From the sequence record SRR22947727_3604: a stretch of 56,685 nucleotides of DNA, one strand, 5' to 3'. The notes beneath the pieces were generated by a model that was not told where the DNA came from, did not search any database, and saw only the letters and a program-made list of their open reading frames with translations. Position numbers and translations under genes: made by a program. Below are positions 30,109 through 39,874 of the stretch, piece by piece (within the stretch, counting starts at the first letter, position 1; each line of letters opens with the position of its first letter).

Positions 30109-30132
30109 AATATTACACTACAGATTCAAAAA

Positions 30133-30828
30133 TTACTTAGTTTTTGTACCTGATGTAGCTGCTGCCCAAATTACAACACCAAAGGCAATCTTGTTAACAA
30201 AGTCAGCTAAGTTGTATACGATATTTAGAGTACCGGCATCAGCACTGCCTGTGTACCCAAGATAGTATCCGATTGGATAAATAGCCCAACCAACAGTAAC
30301 GATTAATCTTAACGCATTAAAAGCTTTCTTACTTGCAGCGGTACCTTTGCTTGCGCTAATCTGACTAGCTTCACCTTTAAATACTTCCCAGATGATATAT
30401 AACCATGCAACCATACCAATCCAGAAACCAGACCATAGGCTACCACCGTCTCCCATTGCACTTACTTCACCAATGTAGCCAGCTACTAACATAACTACTG
30501 AGGCAATTAATAAACGCCAAAATACTGAAATAGAAACGACTGCAATCGCAGCAAGAATTAAATAAAACTCAACAATTTGAAGTGGTACTGTAAGAAGCCA
30601 ATCTACGTATCTAAATACTGTTGGCGAACTTCCTGTATCAATCCAAACACCACGCATGTAAAAGTAATGAATAGCAGCAATACCTGTAACCATTGCAGCT
30701 ACTGTAAGTGAAGTCTTCCATTTACCTACAGCTCTATCTCTCTCAACCCAGAAAAAAAATGTTGCAGCAACCATAGCCGCTGAAAGCAGCCAAAAGGTAA
30801 CTCCAACGTAATCTGATGGATTTAACAT
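30133..30828 (-). CDS. proteorhodopsin, DTE motif, Gln at the spectral-tuning site (blue-absorbing type)
   Basis: RYVDWLLTVPLQIVEF, IHYFYMR, LADFVNKIAFG. Start re-called at ATG 30828 behind AGGAGG. Confidence 0.95.
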   Translation of the reverse strand: MLNPSDYVGVTFWLLSAAMVAATFFFWVERDRAVGKWKTSLTVAAMVTGIAAIHYFYMRGVWIDTGSSPTVFRYVDWLLTVPLQIVEFYLILAAIAVVSISVFWRLLIASVVMLVAGYIGEVSAMGDGGSLWSGFWIGMVAWLYIIWEVFKGEASQISASKGTAASKKAFNALRLIVTVGWAIYPIGYYLGYTGSADAGTLNIVYNLADFVNKIAFGVVIWAAATSGTKTK

Positions 30829-31120
30829 ATTTAAAACCCTCCTATAAAAACGTTTAAACAAAAATGTCTTAGCATCATCACCCTTAGACTGTTTACGTTT
30901 TGATTAAAAAAATGTCTTAAAAAGAGAGCTAATAAATTTTAAAAAAACGAACTTTATTAGCACACCTGATAAAACAATATTAAATTTACCACAATTTTTA
31001 AAAAGATTTTTAAAAATAAGCCTTATAGACATATTTTTTTTTTGGGAGTTCCTTTAAAAATTTAAAGTTGGTTTTATTTTAATATCGAATGGGCATTGAA
31101 CTACTTTATAATAAATTCAA

Positions 31121-32647
31121 ATGAGTAGACTAAGATTAATATTAGGTGACCAATTAAATTTAAACCACTCATGGTTTAAAGAGACGAACTCTTCAGTTAC
31201 ATATGTAATGATGGAGGTAAAAGATGAAACAAACTATGTGCTTCATCATGCTCAAAAAATTATTGCGACATTTGCAGCCATGCGTTTTTTTGCAAATCAA
31301 CTCAGATCAAAAGACCTTGAGGTTATTTATTTAAAAATTAACGATAAAGAAAACAGACAAAATTTTTATGAGAACATTAAAAGCATTGTTAAAAAAAGAA
31401 ATTTCAGCCAGCTAGAGTATCAAAATCCAGACGAATATCGGTTAATGACAGAATTGCAAAAACTTCATTCAATCGAAGATATAAAAGCGGTTCCAGTTGA
31501 CTCGGAACATTTCTTAATCCCAAAGCTATATGCGAAAGAATTTTTTTCTGAAAAGAAACATTGGCGGATGGAAGAATTCTATAGACACATGAGAAAGAAA
31601 TTCTCTATTTTAATGGAGGGTGAAAAACCTATTGGAGGAAAGTGGAATTATGATGTAGACAATCGAAAAAGATGGGATGGTTCACCTAGCTCAACTCAAG
31701 ATTTTAGACCTTCCCATAATCACGAAAAAATTTTTTTAGAAATAAATGACGAGAATATCGAGTACTTTGGGGAGAGCCAAGCAACAGATTTTCGTTGGCC
31801 TATTAGTAGGGATGAATCTATTGAATTACTTGAAAATTTTATTGAAAAAGATCTTCTTTATTTTGGTGATTTTCAAGACGCCCTTCATGATGAAAACTGG
31901 AGATTATTCCACTCATTTTTATCTTTCTCACTAAACACTAAAATGCTTAGCCCAATTGAAGTGATTAAAAAGGCTGAAGATGCATACAATAAAAAAGATT
32001 TACCCCTGGCATCAACTGAAGGGTTTATAAGACAAATTTTGGGTTGGCGTGAATATATTAGAGGAGTTTATTGGGCAAATATGCCCGGGTATGATCAACA
32101 TAATTTTTTTGAGCATAAAAATAAGCTTCCTGAATGGTACTGGACAGGAAAAACCGATATGCGATGTCTATCACAAAGCATTTCGCAATCATTAACTAAC
32201 GCATATGCCCATCATATCCAAAGGCTGATGGTTATTGGTAATTTTAGTTTATTAGCAGGTATTAATCCAAAAGAGGTTCATCAATGGTACCTTGGAATTT
32301 ATATCGATGCATATGAATGGGTAGAGCTTCCTAATACACTAGGCATGAGTCAGTTTGCCGATGGTGGGATATTAGCAACGAAGCCTTATGTATCATCTGC
32401 ATCTTATATTAATAAAATGAGTAATTACTGCACCAAATGTAAATATAATTTTAAGGAAAAAGTGGGAGAAAATGCTTGTCCATTTAATTCACTTTATTGG
32501 AATTTTTTTGATAGACATCAAGATAAGCTTTCAAAAAATCCAAGATTAGGAATTGTAAATAGTCAACTTAAAAAAATGAATCCAACTCAAAAAGAACAAA
32601 TCAATAAAAAAGCAGAATTTTATTTAAAAAATTTAAATACTCTCTAA
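31121..32647 (+). CDS. FeS-type bacterial cryptochrome/(6-4) photolyase (CryB/PhrB family)
   Basis: LILGDQL, HHAQKI, GGKWNYD, YAHHIQRLM. Cys at MRC, YCTKC and ACPF are candidate 4Fe-4S ligands. Confidence 0.9.
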   Translation: MSRLRLILGDQLNLNHSWFKETNSSVTYVMMEVKDETNYVLHHAQKIIATFAAMRFFANQLRSKDLEVIYLKINDKENRQNFYENIKSIVKKRNFSQLEYQNPDEYRLMTELQKLHSIEDIKAVPVDSEHFLIPKLYAKEFFSEKKHWRMEEFYRHMRKKFSILMEGEKPIGGKWNYDVDNRKRWDGSPSSTQDFRPSHNHEKIFLEINDENIEYFGESQATDFRWPISRDESIELLENFIEKDLLYFGDFQDALHDENWRLFHSFLSFSLNTKMLSPIEVIKKAEDAYNKKDLPLASTEGFIRQILGWREYIRGVYWANMPGYDQHNFFEHKNKLPEWYWTGKTDMRCLSQSISQSLTNAYAHHIQRLMVIGNFSLLAGINPKEVHQWYLGIYIDAYEWVELPNTLGMSQFADGGILATKPYVSSASYINKMSNYCTKCKYNFKEKVGENACPFNSLYWNFFDRHQDKLSKNPRLGIVNSQLKKMNPTQKEQINKKAEFYLKNLNTL

Positions 32648-32700
32648 AAAACTCTACCCTCATAATCTAATTAAATTTTTTTTAGGTATAATTTTCACTA

Positions 32701-34167
32701 ATGATTACCAAAGAAAATAAAAACAATTTCTTAATAAAATCTCTTATTCATCTAATAGCTTTATTTTTTATTCTTGGTTGCAAGGCTGTTGGGCCAGATT
32801 ATGAAGGCTCACCTGAAATGGATGTTCCAGATAATTGGAACAACCAGTTAAACAATGAATTTGTTGAAGACAGTGATTATCAGAAACAATGGTGGACACT
32901 TTTAGATGATCCAGTTCTTAATGACTTAATAAGTAGGGCGTCTGTCGATAACCTAGATGCAAAAATTGCACTTACAAGAGTTGAAGAGGCTAGAGCAAAT
33001 TTTAGAATTGTTGATGCCACAAGATTCCCCGAAATTGATGCTGTTGGTGATGCGTCAAGAAAAAGTAGTAGTAAGTCTGCTGCTGGAGATAAAAATACTG
33101 ATAACTATACTTCGATTGGCCTAGATTTAAGTTGGGAAATTGATCTCTTTGGATATGTAAGGAGATCGATTGAAGCAGCGGATGCGCAATATCAGGCAAC
33201 CGTTGAAAGTTATCGAGATGTAATGGTAATTTTATACGCAGAAATTGCAAAGAATTACATTGCATTACGCACCTCTCAAAAAAGACTTCAGTTTGCACTT
33301 GAGAATGTTAAATCACAAAGAGAAACTTTAAAGATTGTTAATGCGCGCTTTAAGGCTGAGCTTGTTTCAGAGATTGATGCGCTTCAGTCAGAGCAAAATT
33401 TAGCAGCAGCAGAATCTTATGTGCCACTTTTTCATGCCGATATCGATGAGTTAATGAATAGCCTTGCAGTCCTGTTGGGAAAAAACCCTGGCTCACTTAA
33501 CGAAGAGCTAAGAGGAAATAAAGGTATTCCACAAGTGTCAGAAAAAACAGTTGTTGAGTTACCAAGGGAAATTTTAAGACAACGACCTGACATTAGAAGA
33601 GCAGAAAGAAGATTGGCCCAAGAAACAGCTGAGGTCGGTATTGCAACTGCTGAAGAATATCCTAGATTCAATCTGAACGGTACCTTTGGCTATGATGCAA
33701 GAGGCTCTGATAGTCAGTTCAGCTCGAACTCCAGATATTGGTCATTTGGACCAAATTTTAGATGGAATATTTTTGATGCAGGTGCAACACAAGCTGGAAT
33801 TGAGGTTGCGGATGCTCGACTTGAGGAAGCTCGTGTAAACTATGAAAAGAAAGTTATAACCGCATTTGAGGAAGTTGAAAATGCTCTTAAGTCTTACAAA
33901 GAGGAAAAGCAAAGAAATACATCGCTCACGGCATCGGTCAAAGCCGCTAAAAAAGTAAATAAAATTACAGTGGCTAGGTATACCTCAGGCCTTATTGATT
34001 TTCAAGAGGTCCAAGATGCAGAAAGAGTTATTTTTTTCCAAGAAGATGAGTTAGCTAAAAGTGATGGAAATTTAGTACAATTTATAATTCAGCTATATAA
34101 AGCAATGGGCGGTGGTTGGGATGCCACAGAAATTCCTGTTCAAGACATTAGCGATGAAGATACTTAG
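32701..34167 (+). CDS. RND outer-membrane lipoprotein (NodT/OprM family)
   Basis: LGC lipobox, VGPDY, WEIDLFG, RPDIRRAE, LYKAMGGGW. Confidence 0.92.
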   Translation: MITKENKNNFLIKSLIHLIALFFILGCKAVGPDYEGSPEMDVPDNWNNQLNNEFVEDSDYQKQWWTLLDDPVLNDLISRASVDNLDAKIALTRVEEARANFRIVDATRFPEIDAVGDASRKSSSKSAAGDKNTDNYTSIGLDLSWEIDLFGYVRRSIEAADAQYQATVESYRDVMVILYAEIAKNYIALRTSQKRLQFALENVKSQRETLKIVNARFKAELVSEIDALQSEQNLAAAESYVPLFHADIDELMNSLAVLLGKNPGSLNEELRGNKGIPQVSEKTVVELPREILRQRPDIRRAERRLAQETAEVGIATAEEYPRFNLNGTFGYDARGSDSQFSSNSRYWSFGPNFRWNIFDAGATQAGIEVADARLEEARVNYEKKVITAFEEVENALKSYKEEKQRNTSLTASVKAAKKVNKITVARYTSGLIDFQEVQDAERVIFFQEDELAKSDGNLVQFIIQLYKAMGGGWDATEIPVQDISDEDT

Positions 34168-34177
34168 GGAATAGCGT

Positions 34178-35230
34178 ATGAAAAAAATAATTTTTTTAAT
34201 ATTCATAGTCTTTTTTATTTCATCCTGTGGAAAGGAAGAGCCGGTAAAAGAAACACCGATACCAAAGATTGCTTGGATGGAAGTGAAACTATCAGGAGTT
34301 GAACAAACAAGAAAGCTATCTGGGCAACTTAACCCGAGAGAGGGTGCTTCACTAAGTTTCAATGGTGGTGGCTACGTCACAGATGTAAAAGTTGATTTAG
34401 GAAGCAAGGTAAAAAAAGGTCAAGTTTTAGCAAGGCTATCCCAGAGAGATGCTAAAAGTATTTATCTTTCATCACAATCTGATTACGTGAACAAAGAGTC
34501 ATATTACAATCGTATGAAGGTCGCTCGAGAAAGTAAGGCGGTCTCACAACAGGATGTGGCTGATGCCAAAACAGAATTAGAAATTGCTGCTTCAAATTTA
34601 GCAATCAGTAAAAAAGGGCTTGATGATACAGTTCTTAGAGCGCCTTATGACGGCACAATCACCTTTAAAGATGTAGACGAGGCCCAACAAGTTTTTATTG
34701 GTGAAACACTTTTTAAAATTGATGGCGGTGAAGGGCTTGAGGTGTCAGTTTTTGTTCCAGAGACGCTAATTAAAAAATTAGTTCAAGATAAAATTTATAC
34801 GGTCACCTTTCCTGCGGCTAAAGGACTTGAAATGAAGGGGGTGCTTAAAGAAATTGGTACACAAGCAACAAGAGCAAATTCTTTCCCAGTAGTTTTGTAT
34901 CTTACTGAACAATCTTCAGAGCTCAGAGCTGGCATGACAGCAGAAGTTTTATTTGTTTATTATCAAGACGTAGAGGAAAGTATATTGATACCAAACTCTG
35001 CATTAGGGGTAGGCAATCAACAATCAAGCTTTGTTTTTGTTTATGATCCGAATTCGAGCAGACTTAAAAAAGTGATGGTTAAGCCACTGAATATTACAAA
35101 TAATGATGTTTATGTTCAAGGCAACATAAAATCTGGTGATATTATTGCCGTGGCTGGAGTTCCTTATCTCCGCGACAACCAAGAGGTGATATTACAAGAG
35201 CAAGATATAGAAATATTTAACTTTAACTGA
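34178..35230 (+). CDS. RND periplasmic adaptor (MFP)
   Basis: SSC lipobox, VKKGQVLA, LRAPYDG, LRAGM. Confidence 0.9.
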   Translation: MKKIIFLIFIVFFISSCGKEEPVKETPIPKIAWMEVKLSGVEQTRKLSGQLNPREGASLSFNGGGYVTDVKVDLGSKVKKGQVLARLSQRDAKSIYLSSQSDYVNKESYYNRMKVARESKAVSQQDVADAKTELEIAASNLAISKKGLDDTVLRAPYDGTITFKDVDEAQQVFIGETLFKIDGGEGLEVSVFVPETLIKKLVQDKIYTVTFPAAKGLEMKGVLKEIGTQATRANSFPVVLYLTEQSSELRAGMTAEVLFVYYQDVEESILIPNSALGVGNQQSSFVFVYDPNSSRLKKVMVKPLNITNNDVYVQGNIKSGDIIAVAGVPYLRDNQEVILQEQDIEIFNFN

Positions 35231-35243
35231 GACTGGTCTTTTA

Positions 35244-38200
35244 ATGAATATTTCAGAGTTAGCTTTTAAATATAAGAAAATATTTTTATTTATTGTTGTA
35301 AGTCTGATGCTTTATGGCGGCATCAGTTATTTTACCCTGCCTTCCCAAGAAGACCCTTCCATCGTAAGCCGTGAAGCAATTGTTACAACGAATTTTCCTG
35401 GAATGTCACCACAAAGAATTGAGCTTCTGATAACCAAAAAATTAGAAGAACAGATTCGAAAAATCCCTGAGATTAAGATGCTCACATCAATTTCTCAAAC
35501 AGGATCCTCAATCATTCATGTCAAAATAGAGGATAAATACTTCAACTTAGCCGATATTTGGCAAAACTTACGAAACAAAGTTAAGGATGCAGAAAAAGAG
35601 CTGCCCAAGGGTTCGTCGACTCCAAACATAAATGATGAATTTGGTGATGTCGCTGTCATCACAATGGCATTAACCTCAGATGGTTTTGGTATGAATGAAA
35701 TGCACGATATGGCAAAACACATTAGAGACATTCTTTACGGTATAAAGGGCACAAAAAAAATTGACTTATTTGGCATTCAAGACGAAAGAATTTATTTAAA
35801 ATTTGAGTCAACAAAGCTTGCAGAGCTAGGTGTTAACCCCAGTCAGATTGCGGCTGCGCTCAGTTCACAAAATATTATTATGCCAGGAGGTCAAGTTGAC
35901 ACTGGAGCAAGGTCGTTTGTCTTGGAGCCAACAGGTGATTTTAAAGATATCGAAGAGTTAGGGGATACATTAATCTCAGTACCCAGGTCGGGTTACAAAA
36001 CAGACACTGAGGACGTTATATCCTTAAGAGATGTAGCCGTTATTGAACGAGGATATATAGACCCACCAAGTAAAACAGCATATTTTAACGGTAAACCGGC
36101 CATTGTTTTTGGTATTTCAATGCTGGAAGGTTATAACCTCTTAGAATTTTCACCAAGGGTTCTAAATGTGATATCAGAAATTCAAGAAACTATGCCTTTT
36201 GGATACCATATAGATATCGCCACCTATCAGGCTGATGTTGTTCAAGATACCATTAACGGAGTATCGATTAACGTAATACAGACTCTGGTCATTGTTCTAT
36301 TTTCGGTTATCATTTTTCTTGGTTTTAGAACAGGCTTTATTGTTGGCTCCATCGTTCCAACTGTCATGTTGATTACACTCGCATTGATGAATTTTTATGA
36401 TCTTCAGCTCGAGAGGATGAGCCTTGCAACACTCATTATTGCTTTGGGGTTGCTGGTGGATAATGGAATTGTTGTCGCTGAAGATTTTATGAAAAGGTTA
36501 GAGAATGGTATCTCCAGAATTGAAGCACTCAAGGGGGTAGGCAAAGAATTAACGATTCCGTTACTGACCTCATCTTTAACAACTATTTTATTTTTTCTTC
36601 CACTTATGCTGGCAGAATCAACCGCAGGTGAGTATACAAGGTCACTCTCATTAGTTATTGCAATGGCTTTATTGACTTCATGGATTGCGGGGCTTTGTTT
36701 AACCCCCATACTCTGTTATTTCTTTTTAAAAATTGATAAGAAAAAAAGTAAAGAAAAAGAAACATCAGGAATTTTCTATAAATTATCAATAGGCTATGGT
36801 TTTCTTCTTAAAGGCATTTTAAAGATAAGGTTTATATTTTTAGCGAGCATGTTTGCAGCGTTTGTATTTGCGATTATGTTAAGCAAAGATGTCCCTAAGC
36901 GTTTTTTCCCAGATTCAGATAGACCTCAAATATTAGTTTATACGCAACTTCCTGCTGGAACCTCTCAAAGAGAGATGACAAGGAAAATGAAAGGGGTCTT
37001 TGAAGCGCTTAATGATAGAGAGTTATTTCCTAATATTGAGTCATTTTCGGGATACGTTGGATTTGGCGGTCCCCGTTTTGTCTTATCACTTGCACCTGAG
37101 GATGCAGCAGACAATATGGGCTTTATTATCATTAATATAGAAGATGTTGAAGCCCAAGATAGTTCTATGGAAAATTTAAGAATGACTTTAAATGATAGAT
37201 TTCCGGGGATGTTTTTTAGAATAAACAAGATGTTTTTGGGGGCAAGTGATTCTAGTGAAATTAAGTTACAAGTAGTCGGCCCCGATTCCAATGTAATTTA
37301 CGCCAAAGCCCAACAGTTGGTTGATAGATTGCACGAGATTCCAGGTGCCATTGATATCAGAACAGATTGGCAGAACAGAACTTTAAAAATTTTAATTAAT
37401 GTAGATCAAGTGAGAGCAAGGAGGGCAGGCGTATCTTCCAATGATATTGCTGAATCTCTCAATGCATATTTTGAAGGTTCAGAGGTTACCCAATTTCGTG
37501 AGAAAGACAATATTATCCCAATCTTATTTAGAGCGGAAGATGAGGAAAGATTTAATATGGATAGGATGAGGACATTAAATGTCTACTCATCAAGCAAAAA
37601 TACAAATGTTCCATTGTTTCAGATAGCTGACTTTGAGGGTCAAAATCAATTTTCAAGAATTGCACGCCAAGATTTATTCAGAACAGTTTCAGTAGAAGTA
37701 AAAAATATGAATTATACGGCTGAGGATTTTAAGGACGAATTAGATCCCATCGTTGAGGAGTTGAGTGGTGACTTACCACCCAATCATTTGATCAGGTACG
37801 ATGGCGTGATCAGAGAGTCTAAGGAGGCGAAAGACTCACTTTCTGCTAATGTACCGCTAGTGATAGGCCTTATTATCATCCTCCTGGTTGCCCAGTTCAA
37901 TTCATTTAGGAGGCCTTTGATCATTTTAATTACGATTCCTCTCTCATTCATTGGGGCTGTATTAGGATTACTTGTTTCAGGGGCAAACTTTGGGTTTATG
38001 GGTACACTTGGGCTTTATAGTTTGGCTGGTATTATTATTAATAATGCGATTATTTTGATTGATAGAATTGATTTCGAAAGAGATGCGGGTAAGAAGTTAT
38101 ATGATGCAATCGTAAGCGCCTGCCAACAGAGGCTAAGGCCAATCATTATTACTACATTAACTACCACACTTGGCTTATTAACATTAATCATTCCTCATGA

Positions 38201-38333
38201 CCCATTGTTTTATGGGCTCGCCAATATAATTGCATATGGACTAGGTGTGGGTACATTCCTTACCTTGGCAGTTGTCCCTGTTTTATATTCATTATTTTTT
38301 AATGATAAAAAGCCTAATACAAAACAAACTTAA
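35244..38333 (+). CDS. AcrB/AcrD/AcrF-family RND permease
   Basis: QEDP, ALGLLVDNGIVV, RLRPIIITT. Confidence 0.92.
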   Translation: MNISELAFKYKKIFLFIVVSLMLYGGISYFTLPSQEDPSIVSREAIVTTNFPGMSPQRIELLITKKLEEQIRKIPEIKMLTSISQTGSSIIHVKIEDKYFNLADIWQNLRNKVKDAEKELPKGSSTPNINDEFGDVAVITMALTSDGFGMNEMHDMAKHIRDILYGIKGTKKIDLFGIQDERIYLKFESTKLAELGVNPSQIAAALSSQNIIMPGGQVDTGARSFVLEPTGDFKDIEELGDTLISVPRSGYKTDTEDVISLRDVAVIERGYIDPPSKTAYFNGKPAIVFGISMLEGYNLLEFSPRVLNVISEIQETMPFGYHIDIATYQADVVQDTINGVSINVIQTLVIVLFSVIIFLGFRTGFIVGSIVPTVMLITLALMNFYDLQLERMSLATLIIALGLLVDNGIVVAEDFMKRLENGISRIEALKGVGKELTIPLLTSSLTTILFFLPLMLAESTAGEYTRSLSLVIAMALLTSWIAGLCLTPILCYFFLKIDKKKSKEKETSGIFYKLSIGYGFLLKGILKIRFIFLASMFAAFVFAIMLSKDVPKRFFPDSDRPQILVYTQLPAGTSQREMTRKMKGVFEALNDRELFPNIESFSGYVGFGGPRFVLSLAPEDAADNMGFIIINIEDVEAQDSSMENLRMTLNDRFPGMFFRINKMFLGASDSSEIKLQVVGPDSNVIYAKAQQLVDRLHEIPGAIDIRTDWQNRTLKILINVDQVRARRAGVSSNDIAESLNAYFEGSEVTQFREKDNIIPILFRAEDEERFNMDRMRTLNVYSSSKNTNVPLFQIADFEGQNQFSRIARQDLFRTVSVEVKNMNYTAEDFKDELDPIVEELSGDLPPNHLIRYDGVIRESKEAKDSLSANVPLVIGLIIILLVAQFNSFRRPLIILITIPLSFIGAVLGLLVSGANFGFMGTLGLYSLAGIIINNAIILIDRIDFERDAGKKLYDAIVSACQQRLRPIIITTLTTTLGLLTLIIPHDPLFYGLANIIAYGLGVGTFLTLAVVPVLYSLFFNDKKPNTKQT

Positions 38334-38806
38334 TGGCCTCACATAAAAAAAGATTAACTAAAGCTGGTGGGAGGTTTGTAAATAACTCTCAAAGATTATT
38401 TCTTGTGTATTTAATATGCATACTTGTCGACATGACAATACTCAATGTTTACGCTGAATTTACTCACTCTATTTATGTTGAGTCTTTTTCTATCACTATT
38501 TTTATTGCTATGTTCTTACAATTATTAATTGTTTTAACAAAGCAGGCAGAGCATAAACTTTCACAATTTTTTGGCGATAAAAAAGGCTTTTTTTTAAAAC
38601 TAAAATACTTCTTTGCATTATGGGCGTTATTGTTTTTTTCTAAAGTAATTATGCTGCACGGGGCAAATCTTATTTTTGGGGATAAGATAAATTTTTATGG
38701 GTTATTTGATGGTTTATTAGCATTTATAATCTTAATAATATCTTTCTTATTAGGTGAGTATCTCCTAACAAAGATCTACCATGCGTTAGAAACAAAAAAT
38801 AAGTAA
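38333..38806 (+). CDS. hypothetical membrane protein (about 4 TM)
   Basis: TAATG coupling to the RND permease; hydrophobic segments. Confidence 0.7.
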   Translation: MASHKKRLTKAGGRFVNNSQRLFLVYLICILVDMTILNVYAEFTHSIYVESFSITIFIAMFLQLLIVLTKQAEHKLSQFFGDKKGFFLKLKYFFALWALLFFSKVIMLHGANLIFGDKINFYGLFDGLLAFIILIISFLLGEYLLTKIYHALETKNK

Positions 38807-38809
38807 AGA

Positions 38810-39370
38810 TCAATATCTCAGGTTTATTTTTGATTCTTTAAGAGTATTTAGTAGATCACAATAAGAGCCGTTCGTTGGGTAGTCCGAATTCAATTGAGCG
38901 TTTTCAATCTCAACAGAAAGCTTACTAAGTAGTTTTGTGTAGATATCATTTATATAATAATCCATGGTAACCCTATCAAACTTAACAACCTCCCAAAGTG
39001 AAATCTTCATTTCCTTGATGAAATTGTCTGGATGTGTTTCTTTATCAGACCTTGACTGGTAAATTTTTACATTTAAATCGCCATATAAGATAGTACTTTG
39101 CGCCTGATAACTTAAAACTGGGTTAAGGATAATAATTGCATCTGTAACATTATCAGATGCACACTTTTTAACATTCGAATAGGATGGTAAATTTATGATT
39201 GCTTTATCCATCATTGGGGATGGATAATAGACATAACTGTCGTAAGGCATGGATAGGTATTGTTGCTTAGATTGGTTTACAAAGTATTGAAGATTTGCAG
39301 CATTCAAAACGTTTGATATTAAAAGAGAAAAAATGAAAAATAAACTTTTTTTTGTGAATGTCGTCATCAT
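38810..39370 (-). CDS. exported hypothetical protein
   Basis: Signal-peptide-like MMTTFTKKSLFFIFSLLISNVLNA. Start uncertain (39367, 39370 or 39394). Confidence 0.6.
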   Translation of the reverse strand: MMTTFTKKSLFFIFSLLISNVLNAANLQYFVNQSKQQYLSMPYDSYVYYPSPMMDKAIINLPSYSNVKKCASDNVTDAIIILNPVLSYQAQSTILYGDLNVKIYQSRSDKETHPDNFIKEMKISLWEVVKFDRVTMDYYINDIYTKLLSKLSVEIENAQLNSDYPTNGSYCDLLNTLKESKINLRY

Positions 39371-39851
39371 TATTTTTGCAATATATATTAACATTGTAAG
39401 AGCGGATTTTACAGCAAAAGTTCGTAAAATAGTTGATGGCGATACGATACATGTCGTTGATAAATATGGAAATCAATTCAAAATAAGACTGACAGGTATC
39501 GACGCTCCTGAAAAAAATCAAGCTTATGGATTGGAATCAAAAAATCAATTAAGTGAAGCGATTAATAATAAGTGGGTTTTTTTAGAATCGAAACCAAATG
39601 AAGGTAAGCCATATACAGTCGATCGTTATAAAAGAGTCTTAGCAAAGGTTATTTTGAATGGGGCTGATATTAATTTGTTACAGATTTCAAGTGGATATGC
39701 ATGGCATTTTAAGAGATATCAAAATCAACAAATTCCCTCAGATCGAGAGGCATATGATTATGCTGAAAAAAATGCAAAAAAAAATCAACTGGGTCTTTGG
39801 GAAGAAAAAAAACCAATAGCTCCTTGGAAATGGCGTAAAATACGAAAATAA
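39333..39851 (+). CDS. thermonuclease (SNase) family protein
   Basis: VDGDT, IRLTGIDAPE, DRYKR, GLW...PWKWR. Confidence 0.9.
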   Translation: MKNKLFFVNVVIIIFAIYINIVRADFTAKVRKIVDGDTIHVVDKYGNQFKIRLTGIDAPEKNQAYGLESKNQLSEAINNKWVFLESKPNEGKPYTVDRYKRVLAKVILNGADINLLQISSGYAWHFKRYQNQQIPSDREAYDYAEKNAKKNQLGLWEEKKPIAPWKWRKIRK

Positions 39852-39874
39852 ATCTAAGAATCTAACTATTAAAA

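Noticed and set aside
29314-30828. Carotenoid-antenna (fenestrated) rhodopsins
   Set aside because: By manual alignment the XR Gly156-equivalent is bulky in both proteins (W in RWIYW, F in WSGF), and no carotenoid hydroxylase or ketolase gene is in the operon
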